The notes: generated by a model from the sequence alone, not told the origin. A stretch of 64,000 bases of DNA from Botryllus schlosseri (GCA_051294905.1 CM119377.1:8060001-8124000), one strand, 5' to 3'. Positions 25,101 through 37,215 are shown, numbered from the stretch's first letter. A program made the numbers and translations.

Positions 25101-25746
25101 AACTAATACGATGCAAAATAAATGTAATCGTGAGTAATCGTGATTACATTTCCAATGTAATCGTAATCGTAATCGACTACTTCCAGATTTTGCTGTAATC
25201 GTAATCGTAATCGCGTGATTTAGAAGTAATCGCAATCGCAATCGATTACATCCATGAAGTAATCACCCCATGTCTGATCACTACTGCCTATATAGATCTA
25301 ATTATTCGATACAGACCTTGCGGTCGACGGCCTCTATCATATGGAAAAGAGAATCACTTTTGAGTTTGAGACCCACGGTTTTATTAATACAAAATTCCAT
25401 ACAGTTTCGTCACATTTTCTCAGATAACGGTCGACGAGGACGGCAAAGGGGATGTTGAAGTGGTAGTTACACTTTTTGGACGCGAAGGCATTCCCCTTTC
25501 CATACCAAGGTCTGAATTGAACGCAGCAGACGGTTCGATGGCGGATATGATAACCAGGAAAGTGCAAGAGTTGTTTCGGGAGTACGTACAGTTATTATGT
25601 TATTTTATTGGTCAAACAGCCGATATCGGACTTTCGGAGTATCAAGGCATATTGATTACGGACCCTAATTTTAGTAGTTATTTCCAGAAAAATATTGCTA
25701 TAATTGGAGGCATTAAAACTAAATTTATTATTTCAGACAACCTTAA
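4147..25746 (+). CDS. Clusterin-like secreted-protein gene, partial (5' exons not resolved)
   Basis: Phase-consistent GT-AG exons: 4147-4183 (2/0), 4391-4577 (0/1), 5345-5581 (1/1), 5926-6018 (1/1), 6801-6979 (1/0), 25424-25581 (0/2), plus a tiny last exon (25688-25703 EKILL* or 25737-25746 EQP*). Translation includes DISCADFEDDPAEACREIGQRTKKCDVELER-VCPEFATLRRRIEDRI and GDVEVVVTLFGREGIPLSIPRSELNAADGSMADMITRKVQELFRE. These resemble the human CLU second Cys cluster and C-terminus as I remember them. Confidence 0.65.
5345..5581 (+). repeat. Coding GAC/GAT/GAA/GAG low-complexity exon (poly-Asp/Glu tract)
   Basis: Acceptor AATTAG at 5344 and donor GTAAGG at 5582. The frame (P)YHENAEEDDDD...EEDEEE is open across all 237 nt. 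Mixed synonymous codons argue for protein coding rather than a simple microsatellite. Confidence 0.8.
7178..7210 (-). ncRNA. Minimal type I hammerhead ribozyme motif, stem I shortened by 1 nt
   Basis: - strand reads ACC-CUGACGA-G-UGUCAGC-C-GAAA-AUAU-UC-GGGU. The core is intact; the stem I 5' strand lacks one C. Confidence 0.55.
10690..10789 (-). mobile_element. tRNA-derived SINE head (truncated)
   Basis: - strand GTGTAATGGTTA (A-box-like), GGGTTTGATCCC (B-box with CpG decay), followed by GGGTCATACCAAAGACT. No acceptor stem or CCA. Confidence 0.6.
11568..13953. repeat. 61 bp minisatellite, ~39 copies
   Basis: Unit GCTGTAATTTACACCGGCACACATCACCGGACTACT(TCTATT/TTTTTC)TACTCGCAGTACAAA(A/C)TAT. 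The period is 61 throughout and there are no unique spacers. Confidence 0.98.
14990..15358 (-). pseudogene. C-terminal remnant of a CACTA/EnSpm-type transposase
   Basis: KVGDILVERLKDDGLPEFICIDKLLYVNDQLF resembles the P-x-F-x-x-I-x-x-I tail of animal EnSpm transposases. It lies <500 bp from the element end, so the catalytic part is deleted. Confidence 0.55.
16460..16493 (+). ncRNA. Minimal type I hammerhead ribozyme motif (intact) in the PLE inverted repeat
   Basis: ACCC-CUGACGA-G-UGUCAGC-C-GAAA-AUAU-UA-GGGU. Stem I is ACCC/GGGU, the CUGANGA and GAAA core is present, loop III is the palindrome AUAU, and the cleavage site is UH. Confidence 0.7.
17965..19534. mobile_element. Non-autonomous hAT element (AATTGT subterminal arrays)
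   Basis: 16 bp perfect TIR CAGAGTTGGATCAATT. Perfect TSD GTGTTCAC at 17957-17964 and 19535-19542. Confidence 0.93.
19785..21937. mobile_element. Non-autonomous EnSpm/CACTA-type element
   Basis: CACTGTAAAAAA ... TTTTTTACAGCG (11/12 match) with TA duplicated on both sides. TGTAA(A/T)TT/TTACA subterminal motifs. Only faint coding remnants inside. Confidence 0.82.
22557..23995 (-). mobile_element. hAT deletion derivative with transposase remnants
   Basis: 21 bp TIR TAGGGTTG(T/C)ATTTAAAACAAA. Perfect TSD GTTATATG at 22549-22556 and 23996-24003. - strand LALISGNVPWDFLENEHFQKF (post-BED region) abuts NPMIFWSDVHEDAPNIPMLAKTLLSCSPHVASCERL*SA..TKSRNRPS*GNLEMILKI (hATC dimerisation domain). Confidence 0.9.
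24031..25013. mobile_element. TIR MITE with GAACC/GGTTC repeats
   Basis: 16 bp TIR TAGG(T/G)ATGGTGTGAAC (15/16 match). Flanks match only 5/8, so no clean TSD. Confidence 0.75.
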
Positions 25747-26457
25747 TACCTGAGATGTGGACATCAGATTCCGTCGGTGAAGAAGGGACGTATTGAATTA
25801 TTGATCAATACATGTATTTTGCATCACTGCGTCACGCTGTACATTTGATGTGTGAAAGAATCACCCCTAAAATTTGGACAAGAAAGGGCTTATTCATATT
25901 GGAGTCGAATATAACTTATTGTTAGGGTCGTCCTGTCTGAAAGTATTGCATTTGTCATCTGACTACCTTTTTCTTTAGTAAATGCCTGGGAATTGCTTCA
26001 AGTAGACAAACGGGTGGTGTCGAGACACTCCATATTGTATTTCACTTATCAACATACATATGGATAGTCCATGGGCTGGACATCCGCCGTATTTTTTAAT
26101 TTCAGGCCATAGGCGAATCGGAGCTCCATAAAGACTTTTTCTGATATTTTCTGACACTACCTGCATGCGTACCAGGGAGTGGTGTGCAGGATTTGACCAT
26201 GCATATACTGGATGGATATTGGCAGGATTGTTTTTATTTTTGGCCGGATGTTGATTGGGGCCAGAGTCATACTATTTTTCTGATAAGGCCGGAGATGCAT
26301 CGGAGCCGGATTCCATTTTGAAGAAACGAGATCGGAGTCGGACTAGGCCCTAGCAAACATGTTGATATTCCCCTCACTTATACCTATAGTAAGTCACATG
26401 AAGATAATATGCATGTTTCGACCAGGGACTGCAACGTACATAGTGGAGGCTTTATGA

Positions 26458-27184
26458 CAGGGGTGGCCAACCTTTTCGACCAAAGGGCCACATTAGATTT
26501 ACGAACCAATGCTCGGGCCACTTGAATGTTGATGATCTTCTTTAGTCGTCCGATATGAGTGAGCCAGATTAGGTAACGGTGAAAACAAGACGTATCTTAC
26601 TACGCATCAAATTCGATGACAAATGTCATGAAAACTCCAAGCCGCGAAAGGCGCGAAAAGTTTTCAAGTTGACGAATTAATTCGTTTAATTATATTGTTA
26701 CTTGCATATATTGCGGGTCAACTATGTATACCGCTGGGCTCATTTGGCAAACGCGAAGTCGCCATTTGGACGACACGTTCTCTCGCAATTGCGAATATAC
26801 AGTTAAGACTCATTTCTGTAGATTAAGCGTATTTTTTTCTCAATTCCAGGAGGGGTACCAACACTAAAAGCAAGAAATTGAGGGACAATAAATCGCACGA
26901 AGTGCTAAGAAAAATTTCCAAGTAAAATATATCTGCCACGAAACATTCAACTTTTTGACCATGTACGAAGATATACGAAATATGTATCTGATGGCCCCTG
27001 GCTACGTCAATGCGCCGGAACTGATATTTTAGCCATCAACACCCCAAATTGCGCGATCAGGATGATTAAATTTTTGTTTGGTTTTGCAAGTTCATAATAA
27101 ATGAACTGGGTAATTATTTTGTTGTTGATATTATAACTAATAACTAACACATTTGGCCCGCAGGCCACGGGTTGGCCACCCCTG
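26458..27184. mobile_element. hAT MITE (727 bp)
   Basis: 15 bp perfect TIR CAGGGGTGGCCAACC. Perfect TSD CTTTATGA at 26450-26457 and 27185-27192. Confidence 0.93.
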
Positions 27185-28283
27185 CTTTATGACTTTTGTG
27201 TAACTTGAAGACTGTCGGAGGGACATGGGGATTAGGTATTAGGTGGACCCTGAGGGTACGTGGCAAAAACTACGAACTGTTTCGAATATACAAACATCAA
27301 CGTCATGCGTAACGGACCAATATTGTTGCGAGTAGCCAAAGTCTGTCATGTCTGAAAAAGCGGCGATGGAAGGTGATGTGGTCAGATGACCGAAATAACT
27401 CGACTGCCCCTGGAAGGTGTTTCTCTCTATACTCGATATGTGATGATCATGTCGGTATGCAAAGACACGTCGACTCTAACCTATTTTGGCTTCCTTAGTA
27501 TTCTACTTCTAAAATGACCGGAAAGATACCACAGTCCCACAGCTACCATGAAGTGACGGGACAAGGAATATACAAATTGATTTGGTCTGTTTCAGAGAGG
27601 AGACGAATGTCAAAATCCGATGGCTAGTTTCAAAATTCGGGTTGTTCGAAGTTTATACAAAATTATAAAATTAACTTTTCATTGGTGACTTCTTGTATAT
27701 GCCCGTGACATTTCGAGAATTTTTTCATCTCGTTATAGCTCAAAAGTGCTGAACGCCACTGTTTTAGCATTTTCTCAGATATGATGAGTCGCGAAATAAA
27801 ATAAAAACACGGACTGTGAACCGTCAAGATTCAATTAGACATTTTGGCAGTAAGTAGCAAAAATAAGCTATTGATTATTGTGTAGCCATTTTCATATTGC
27901 GTTGCCAGTTAAAGTGTTTACATATGCTTTGAGTCTCAAATGAGTATATAGTTACCATATCACGAAGAATACTTATATCGGACCAGCGAAAAAAACAATG
28001 AGGGTAGTACATTACTTTGTTTATTGGAGTTTTCTCCTTCGCTGCGCGAGAGGCTTTTCTTATCCTACGACCCTTATGCTCACAGTATCGAACTCTTTGG
28101 TAAGCTATTTGATTGCAGAATGACACAGAAATCATCCAAACGATCATAAATTATATGTATTACAAGACGCATTTGCACCAATTACATATACGCACAGTGC
28201 GCATGTCCCCATTGCATATGATCCGACTGCATAATTCAACGCTAAACTATTGAACAGCTTCATTGACAAGGCGATGTTTTGAA

Positions 28284-31200
28284 CTAACACGTTTTCACAA
28301 TTCCAAGTGCTTTGTCGTAGCACACTTTTGTGTGAATAAAGCACTCGTTTTCTCCTCCCTCGTGGAACAACGTATCCTGACGCTCGAAGTCAATGATAAT
28401 GCCTCTGGAAGCGGGAAGCGCAAATCCGCCAAAATCAAACTGCCGACCGACTTCAACACTTCCTGATGATTGCGACACGAATGTGACCGTTCCCGTGGCA
28501 GGCAAGTATCTATCGTACTCTAAATTCATGTTTATTGTGCTATCACCACTTGCGGATTCATCAAAGTTAATCAGGACAAGTCTGGAGCTCAGTCCCGGTA
28601 ATTCTCTGATGAACCTGAAAATACGAAGATAGAATTTGTTAAATAATACTAACGAGCCGTGCTGTCGTCATACTTGTGTCACTTTTTTACGGTCGACTTT
28701 TCCCGATACAAAGTTAGTAGTACATGAGCTATATATAAGTTTAAGTTGACTCCTTCACTGAATAAAGTTTTATGACTTGTGTAAAATGACTGTGACGGAA
28801 AAACGTGGACACCATTGATACGGGCAATGTTCAGGTCGTGACCCATGTGTTTCACGATATAATATGGCTTTCTTGTAAAACAATATAGCGCGGTTCACCA
28901 ACATTAGGTGGGAAAATGTAATCGGCTGCTACAGCAGCGAAGTAGAATCATACAATATACTTGCAGAATTCGATTGGCTCGGGGATTTTCTCCCATGTCA
29001 GCTAATAGTCTGAAAGGATTGAAATTTTCCAGCGAAATCGATTAAATGCAGGACGCCGAAGGATTTTAAACAAAATTGATTCAGCCTACATTTATCCTGC
29101 CGTAAATTCACAATACGATCGAGACGCAATCATTTCTACGCAATATATTTGACAGTGGGGAGTTTGCTATATTGCCGAAACATATAGGCGCATGCCGTGT
29201 ATGCTCCGATCAACTTCCACTAAAATATTTATAAAATCACGTATACCCGTTGATTCGTTCATTACAATTTGACAAATATAGTGAAAATACATTTAATATC
29301 GTCGAGTTGATGCACTCACGCTAGCGTGTTTCCAGCTTGTACTTCCAGCATACAGAAATATCCTCTTTGATACACCATTTCCTGTCGCAGTGAAATCAAT
29401 CTTTTGTACATTTGTAGCATCGAATCACTGTCTGCCCTTTGGTCCTGTAATAGAGTTCATACCTAATTATATATCTTCGGTATTCATCCTCTGACTGCAC
29501 TGGAAACATAAGAAAATTCGGACCGCTCTAAATAGCTATGGGAACGACGCGCATAACATGCTGATCATGATCATGTATTCCGTTTTTATAAACTTTCTGG
29601 GTATACTCGCACCTTCTAGACTGAGTATTACGCTGAACCACTACTGTTATACTTGAATAGATAGGGTACTTCGCGATATGCGTTGGACCCGAGAGGAACC
29701 TCATCCTCGTTTTTCAGATGCTAGGTGCCACATGCCATAACAACACCTATGGTCGCCTATTAATTACCAACCTCCACATTTATATCCACATAATCCTGAT
29801 TAACCGGAAGCCAAGGCTCGCAATTTTCGCAAAATCCTGCAAAGTCCCCGTCCCCGTTCCATTGCATAGGCGTTCGTTCGGGATCTCGGAAATCGTTCGA
29901 CTGTACACAGTATATAGCCCAGAGACAAGTATGATATGAGTTAAGCAAGCAGCAAATATGTCATGGTGTGATTTAAGCGGGTCAGATTATTTACCTGATC
30001 GGCTGGTATATTGTTATTGTCGGTCATTCCGATTTCGTCACCGTAGTAAAATCCAGGGGTTCCCGGCAAGGTCATGATCATCACTGCTGCGCATCTGGCA
30101 AGTCCCCAGCCGACGCGTGATGGCAGGCGAGAATTATCATGGTTACTCACCTGTACCAAATAATGAAGAGTCAGTCTAAAAGGGCGCTGTTCCTTTCATA
30201 ATGGACTTCATATACTTGATTTGTTACTAATTTTGGAATTCAGTTTTCGCAATCGCGTCCTGATATTTAAAAGATCTGAGAAGCTAAAACACGAAACATT
30301 GGTAACTTGCGATCTAGTTTGCGACACCTACTTGACTTGCGTTTGGGACATTATATTGCGAAATTGAATCAAATTTGCCATGGAAGGAGACCAAAAGGAT
30401 AACTACTCTATCTGTAATTGCAACGCAAGCGCAACCTACGCCATTTCAAACAATGAAAATAATCTGCACACTTTGAACCGTGACGTCAAATGTATACCTA
30501 TAAACTTAGCTACAATTTAGTAAACAGTTGAACTGTGTCAATTATTAACTATACACGTTCGTTTCTATTTTGAGAGTTCCTGGAGTTCCCGAGCATTGAT
30601 GAGGCATTCGAAAGACACGCGACGGGTCTCAGGGCATTGTAAGAATATATAATGCGGAAGAAAGTCCGAGGTCGAGACTACAACTCGTGCGGTATATCAT
30701 TGGGACCATATTTTATAAACTACTAGACATTACAAATAATATTAGCGGTCTATATACCGTCCAGCTTGGCCATCTCCCAGCGGGCATATTTCTCATCCAC
30801 TCCAATACTTTGCCGCTCATTGAAGTTGCATTCCATTCCGTATCGGGATCCGCGGTAATCAGAAGGAAATTCATCGGGAAATCACCTTCAGGAGCGCGCT
30901 CAGTCCCGTAGTATCTCAGTGTCTCTTCGATGTTGTCGGTATAAACTTCAGTTTGCATGAATCTAAGGTAGGTTTATATGGCGTGGCAATCCATGGTAAA
31001 GATATTGCATGAATAAAATCTTTGGTGACGGCTGAATGCTCACCTGTAGACGCCTGGTTCCGTGCTGTATTCGTCAAGCAATGCTCTCCAGTCGGCTACG
31101 ATGTCGTGAACACCCTTGTAATTTTGTGTGTAGTCGGCATATATGTTGGCCTTATTCACCTGGAAAGGAATGCTCCTTAAAGTTCATGTTATCATCGCGA

Positions 31201-34200
31201 AGAGGAAGTTACATTCAGAGACGTCATTGGTCGATTGGACGGTTGCTTGACATATGAGTAATTGAGTATGAGCAATGAGCATGCGACACAACTACTTCGT
31301 TTCCATGCACGGCCGACGGACGGCCGAAAGGCCATGACGCATGCGCTGTACAGTGTACATGTCGGCCGTGTTTCCATGACCAGGCGTAATCCGACAGTGA
31401 CTTGGCCGAGCCAGGAGGGCGAAGCGTTCACGGTGACGTTTTTGGCTTAGTTATTCAGTAATAATTTAATAATAATCACACGATTGCGAAAAATGACTCG
31501 GTAAGAATGTACCGAGACGACTTGCAGCGCTCATTCAATCAAACAACCCGCTTTGACTTGGAACACCAACAGTCCAACACGTATAGGCCTAAATCCAACA
31601 TGTAAAATGGTCATGATGAACCAGGCGATTAAAACTAACAGAAGATAAAATCATATGGAAAAAAATATGAAAATTAGGTGGCATATCTTGATTCTTGATA
31701 TGTGATGGGCGATATAAATATGGGATATCGTGGTCCTATAATTTCGAGCGCAGACTAGTAACTTTTTTGTATAGTCTACCGGTAATACTATTTCGTCGTC
31801 GTGTTTCAGAAATGGGCTCCGAGTGTCTTGTTGATGACTTGTTTACCAGGGGAATGTGAATAAATTTTTAAGTTCACCTAGATTGTTGGCATGCAACATA
31901 ACACAAACCCTCGAATTGTGGCAGCAGCGTATGTGTGCAGATCACGAAGAAGATTTCGGTAGCCTAGGGTAGGGGTAATTCGCAGCAGTACTGATATTAC
32001 TAACTTCTGTTGCAATCATAATTAAATTCCTGATTTCTCAATGCGTCCAAGATCTGCCCGGAGTGTCACCAATTGTTAATTTGATACGAAAAGTGTATTG
32101 TGAGTAGCGAATATCAATCAGCTGATCGAAGATACCGCTCCAGCATTGCCGAACGGCCACGGCCAGCCGAAGTATTCACTCGACAGCCGATATGTCGGCC
32201 GACGTGGGCGTGCTCTATGCAGCGCAACAAAAATTCTCTTGTTCGTCGGCCGAGTCACTTGAAAACGAGCCCGTCGGTCGTGCATGGAAACGCAGTAACT
32301 TAAAATCGACAGATGAGCAATGAGCATGGAACACGTAAGCATGCGACACTTCAGCATGTGACTTTATGACCTCCAAACCTACCGTAAGCCCAACCATAAT
32401 CCTACCCAACCCTAAATCGAACCCTAAATCCAATCCCAACCCAACCCTAACCAGAAATTTAACCCACATGGTCAAGCTCATCCGTCGCATGCCCAATTAT
32501 CGCATGCCGAGGTGTCGAATGATATTATGTCCACGGACCGGAATCGACACCTTCCTATCTGTTCATTACATCGCCTTGTGTCTTGAGTATAGTATTGTAC
32601 ATTGCATATCTTGAGCGAACGGAAATATAACACCCTACGACACGGGCGCAGGGTTTCAAACCAGGTTACTGTTTACTGAGGGAATTATCAATCCGACAAC
32701 TCCAAACCCCGATTTCAGTTTTGGTTACGTCTAAATTACATTCCTATACAATGATGCTCATATCTAAACAGCGTTAAGACTCGATACGAGTCAGGATATT
32801 GTAACAATTTTTAATCCTTATTCCAGGTCGGGTAGAATCCAAATCTGGTATAAAATAAGTCACTCTCCTGAATAGTATTCCAGTCGTGCAGAAGTGAGAG
32901 CTTAGGCGGAAAACTCTATACGCAGGGCGATCTCATGATTGCCGCTTCGGGAATTAGTGTTATGGTTGTAGGCTATAAGGTAGGGTTACCATACGTCCTC
33001 CTTTAGGAGGATTTGTCCTCCATTTTCAGGTTTTTGAAAATGTCCTTCGATGATGCCTAATCTTCCTCCTTTTTGAGATTTTGTCCTCTTTTTTGAGAAT
33101 TTTGGTCAAATTTACTGTGTAATTGAACTGAGATACCGTAAATCAGCACCGAAGTAACGCTCCGGCGGGTATTTCGGGAGCTAAGCCGGAAAAGTGACCT
33201 TTTTTAGTCAACCACCTGTTAACGTGCAGGAAAAAACTGTATTTTGGGCGCTGAGCGAGAAAGTTGACCTTTTTTTAGTCAACCGACCACGAAGTGGGAT
33301 AAATTTACCATTTTTCAAGATTTTTCCCCGGTATCCTAAGTTTGAAAACTCTTAAAAAGTGTCCTCCTTTCCCGATTCCAAAATATGGTAACCCTAGCTA
33401 ATGTGAACACCAATACAAATGATTTACCGGGAGAGCACTATCCACAACCGGATTGTCTCGCAGGTGCTCGGCTTCCAGCATGTACGCCAGCGCATCGCAT
33501 CTGAACCCATCCACTCCTTTCTCCATCCAAAATCTCAAAATGTCCTGAAATCATGTGAAGTGCAGAATCAAGATATTGCACCTGGAAACGTCTATTACGT
33601 TCTTACCCGAAGCTCTTCCTTCACTACCGAGTTTCTCAAATTCAGATCAGGTTGTTCCGCGTAAAAGCCATGATAGTAGAACTCCTCACGAGCGGCATTC
33701 CATGTCCATGCTGAGGTGGTATTGTCGAATTCACTGACCTGGGGTGGTTATCAATGTTGCTGATTTACCCTCTACTAAACTACTATGCTCAATAGTGGGT
33801 CTCGTAATCCTCGTATACTTATAACTAATCAACTACATATGCGGAATTAAAGAGGCCGTAAAGCTCAACACTATCTTCCAAACAAATAAGAATGGAGGGT
33901 ATGTGTATAATCATCCAAGCAGAGTAGGCATTTGAATTGAAACTACCAATAAAACTAAGTATATACTTCATGTGCACATGTGTAGCTTTATATTTCTTAT
34001 ATATATTATGAATGTTCTGTAGTATATAACTACTTTTCTGTCCGTGGCGCAAAAAGCCTCTAGTTGTGATAAGCGCCACTCATTCTATTGCGTTTTTATC
34101 TATAATAAAAATATTAATAATAGTAATATCAAATGTGTTTCAAGTAGGCCTACGCCTTCTTACCCAATTATTGGGAATATCATTTGCGTTTGCTCCAGCA

Positions 34201-37200
34201 ACCCACATATAATAGTCTTTGTAAGTGTCATACTCTTCATGATTGGGGTCTGAGCTTGCTTGGAACCATTTGTGTTGATTGCTTGAGTGGTTAGGCACAA
34301 AATCCATGACAATCTTCATTCCTGAAGATATCATTGACTTCATCACTTCTCATTGAAATACAAGCGTGTGCGGGTCGACATCGCTATTTCGAGCAATATG
34401 CGCATTCAGGAAGCGAATGGACTCATATAAATTATACAAACAAGCACTTGGGCCACACGTGGATTTTATGGCACAGTATATGTATTCGCATTTAGGCTTC
34501 TCACCTAGATTATGTATTTCCTCAATCAGTTTATCCATTGCATCCATTCCGCCGAAAGTCTCATCGATTGCCCGGAAGTCGCTGATATCGTACCCGTTAT
34601 CTTTTTGGGGTGATTCGTAGATAGGATTGAGCCACAATACGCGCACTCCAAGTTCTTCAAAGTAGCTCAACTGATCTATGACTCCTAAGGAAAAGGCAAC
34701 GCGAATTAGTTACATTACTAATACAAGAGCAACGGAAAATAAGCGCTATATATGCTGTGTCTGTGTGTCACCGCTATGCGTAAGCTATTACATGCATGCA
34801 GTTCGGGGGATATTCAATATTTGGTTCATACCAAAGCATGGTTCGGTGATCTCTGACTTTTCATTTTGCTTTCTGTAGACCTGCGCAACTATAGTATCAT
34901 GACCACCAATAGTGATGTCCGTCATATTAAGCATCCCCTAAATAAGGATAACCAACATTTTTAGAATTTGTTAAATTTTTATTTAATGCTTATGAAATCA
35001 CTGTGTACCTGTAACCGGAGGTGGTCATAATAATCAGCGTTGATACTCAAGTAGACGTAGAAGTAACGCCACAAAGTTACACTCAATTACAGTAGGCAGT
35101 TCAGGAAGTTAAAAGACATACCGGGATTCAGTGGGTATAAAAGGAAGTCGTGTTGATAAACAACTGTTTCGTAGAACTGGAAGTAACCTGACAACTCATC
35201 CACTAGCGTAAGGAATGCAAGTAATACAGGTAGAATCCGCACTATCAGCGAAAAAAACACACCAGTAGTAAAAACCACACCAGTGGTACACGACACCATA
35301 ACCTCCCTCTGAATTACAGGACGATACAAATCAAACATTTTAATCAATTTAATGGTTGTAGGTAGGAACGTAGGAAGGTATGCACGACGCACGTATAGGC
35401 AGGCAGGATTTATATCTACGATATAACTCCGAGTTAGGTACTTCGGCTCTTGGGTACTTGCAAAAAGTAGGAATACTTCGTTACCGACCATCTATAACTG
35501 TATGCATGTGAGCTTACTCATTCGTTTCAGGATAGCTGTTATTTTACCACTAGAAAAGTAAACCAAGTATACCGTACATACAATTATACAATGACTAGAT
35601 AGTATATTCAATGTTTACTCGTTGCTAGCTATATCTCACCGTAGAGATCTCCGATTCCATCAGTTTCCCCATCTGGCAGACCCAAATCTGGAGGCGACCA
35701 ACTGTCTTTGAATGACTTCGGATAAATTTGGTAAATCGGACTGGTTTGCCAATAGTCGAGACAAGGCGGCGAGATTACGATGATCGCTATCACAAGCGAG
35801 ATCAACGTCAGTATTGTCAAGATCACGATCCCGAAAAGAATGTTTCTGGCCCAAACAAATTTCTTCTGGCGAGAATATTTGAGGAGAACTTCTTTGGGCA
35901 TTCCTGTAAAATGTAAGTGAACTTATAATGTTTATTCAATGACATAGATTGACCAAAAGTCAAGTATGATGAAATCGGAAATATTTTATGAATTTCTACT
36001 TCCATATCGCACAGTAGGTAACCGCCAGTTAAACGCAATTTACTACAAAATGGCGTATATTATAAAAAATATCAATATCTATCATCAAGAGCATAACTTC
36101 ATGACAAAATATTCTTCAATTTTACATAATTAATTCTAACACTCTTAATAAGAATAAGCAGAAGTAGTTGGTAACGAAGTACTTTCACGGAGTACTTCTA
36201 CTTCTACTTGCGTACCAACGATGAATACTCAGCCCGCCTCTGAGTATAGATTATGTCAACCATGTAGGTTGTAGGCTCTATCATTCACAAATTATAATAA
36301 TGACTATTACAGCTAATCGTTGGACTTGATGTACTAGAAAACAGCAAGCAGGCCAAATGGCTAGAGCAGTGGTTCCCAACGTGGGCAATATCATCCCCCA
36401 ATGGGCGATTTTGAGAAACAACGGGGGCCAAAATAACAAAGGAGGCGATTGGGAGGAGATTGGGGGCGAAAATGTTACAACGTGCAGTGAGATATATTTA
36501 ATTAACACGGTCAAAATGCACGTGGACACGGCTTATTCTGCATATGACGCGACTGAAAAGGTCAACTCAACGGGAAGTAGTCGCAGAAACCGGTTTTCCG
36601 AGCACCTACAACCTCGTAAAAATCGTATTTTCTCAGTAAACCCACCAGTGATCAGAAATAGGTGAATGAATTTCCCAAATATAGATCCTCTTTTTCGGAT
36701 CCGTAAATATAAGCGGCGAAAATTTCTGTCGAGATTGATAAGGGGCGAGGAGTCGGAAAAGGTTGGGAGCCACTGGGCTATAGAGGTTAAAATTGAAGAT
36801 TGTGAGCAATATCGATTAAGTAATTATGATATATTGACGAATATCGCACTAAATCTGTGATGTTATATCGTTTCTGAAACTTGTCCTCGAAAACGCGTCC
36901 CTCAAATATTGTTCATAGCTTAAGGAAATGTAGCGTATGGCCGTTGCATCGTTACATCACGTGAAACGCGAGACAGAACCTTTCATTGGTTGGCACCACC
37001 CTATCTGAAATTCTGTTACCTGCGTAAGGCCCATCGTGGTCGATGGAGCTCAGACTTGAAGAACGGCTAGATTTGAAGCCGCTTTCATTAATTTTCACTT
37101 CATCCAGCTCATAAGGTTGCACTTCCGAGGACGACGAAGATGTAGGTTCGGGCACCGTGGAAAATGAGGTCATACCGACCGCGTCGTCATTGACATAGGC

Positions 37201-37215
37201 GTTGTTAGAACTCAT
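28284..37215 (-). CDS. SLC3A1: rBAT / SLC3A1-like type II membrane GH13 protein (702 aa, 12 exons)
   Basis: Exons 37215-37020, 35903-35640, 34684-34505, 34321-34164, 33738-33607, 33544-33428, 31159-31044, 30962-30758, 30150-29995, 29900-29772, 29444-29320 and 28614-28284 total 2109 nt. All introns are GT-AG and phase-consistent. Motifs: [14 protein letters not shown], a TM helix, [40 protein letters not shown], and the rBAT-type C-terminus [19 protein letters not shown]. Confidence 0.92.
31294..32296. mobile_element. TIR element in an SLC3A1 intron (possibly Harbinger-like), nested in an older repeat
   Basis: 17 bp TIR ACT(T/G)CGTTTCCATGCAC followed by CGGCCGA-rich inverted arms. The flanks share only AACT. 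Superfamily uncertain. Confidence 0.6.
32981..33396. mobile_element. hAT-like MITE (GTCCTC repeats), copy 1
   Basis: 13 bp perfect TIR TAGGGTTACCATA with a degenerate TSD. Homologous in inverted orientation to 56006-56461. Confidence 0.8.
36367..36775. mobile_element. hAT (Charlie/Buster-like) MITE in SLC3A1 intron 1
   Basis: TIR CAGTGG(T/C)TCCCAAC. TSD GGCTAGAG/GGCTATAG (7/8). Confidence 0.85.

Larger units (their letters stand above)
22048..25276. mobile_element. Non-autonomous hAT element (GATTAC family), copy 2, inverted relative to copy 1
   Basis: Same CAGACATGGGGT TIR. Perfect TSD ATCACTAC at 22040-22047 and 25277-25284. Both arms are homologous to, but visibly diverged from, 8017-8290 and 16000-16372. 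Confidence 0.92.

Noticed and set aside
32385-32465. Telomere or interstitial telomeric array
   Set aside because: Only a few degenerate AACCCT units inside an old interspersed repeat; a similar short patch occurs at ~19090-19112.
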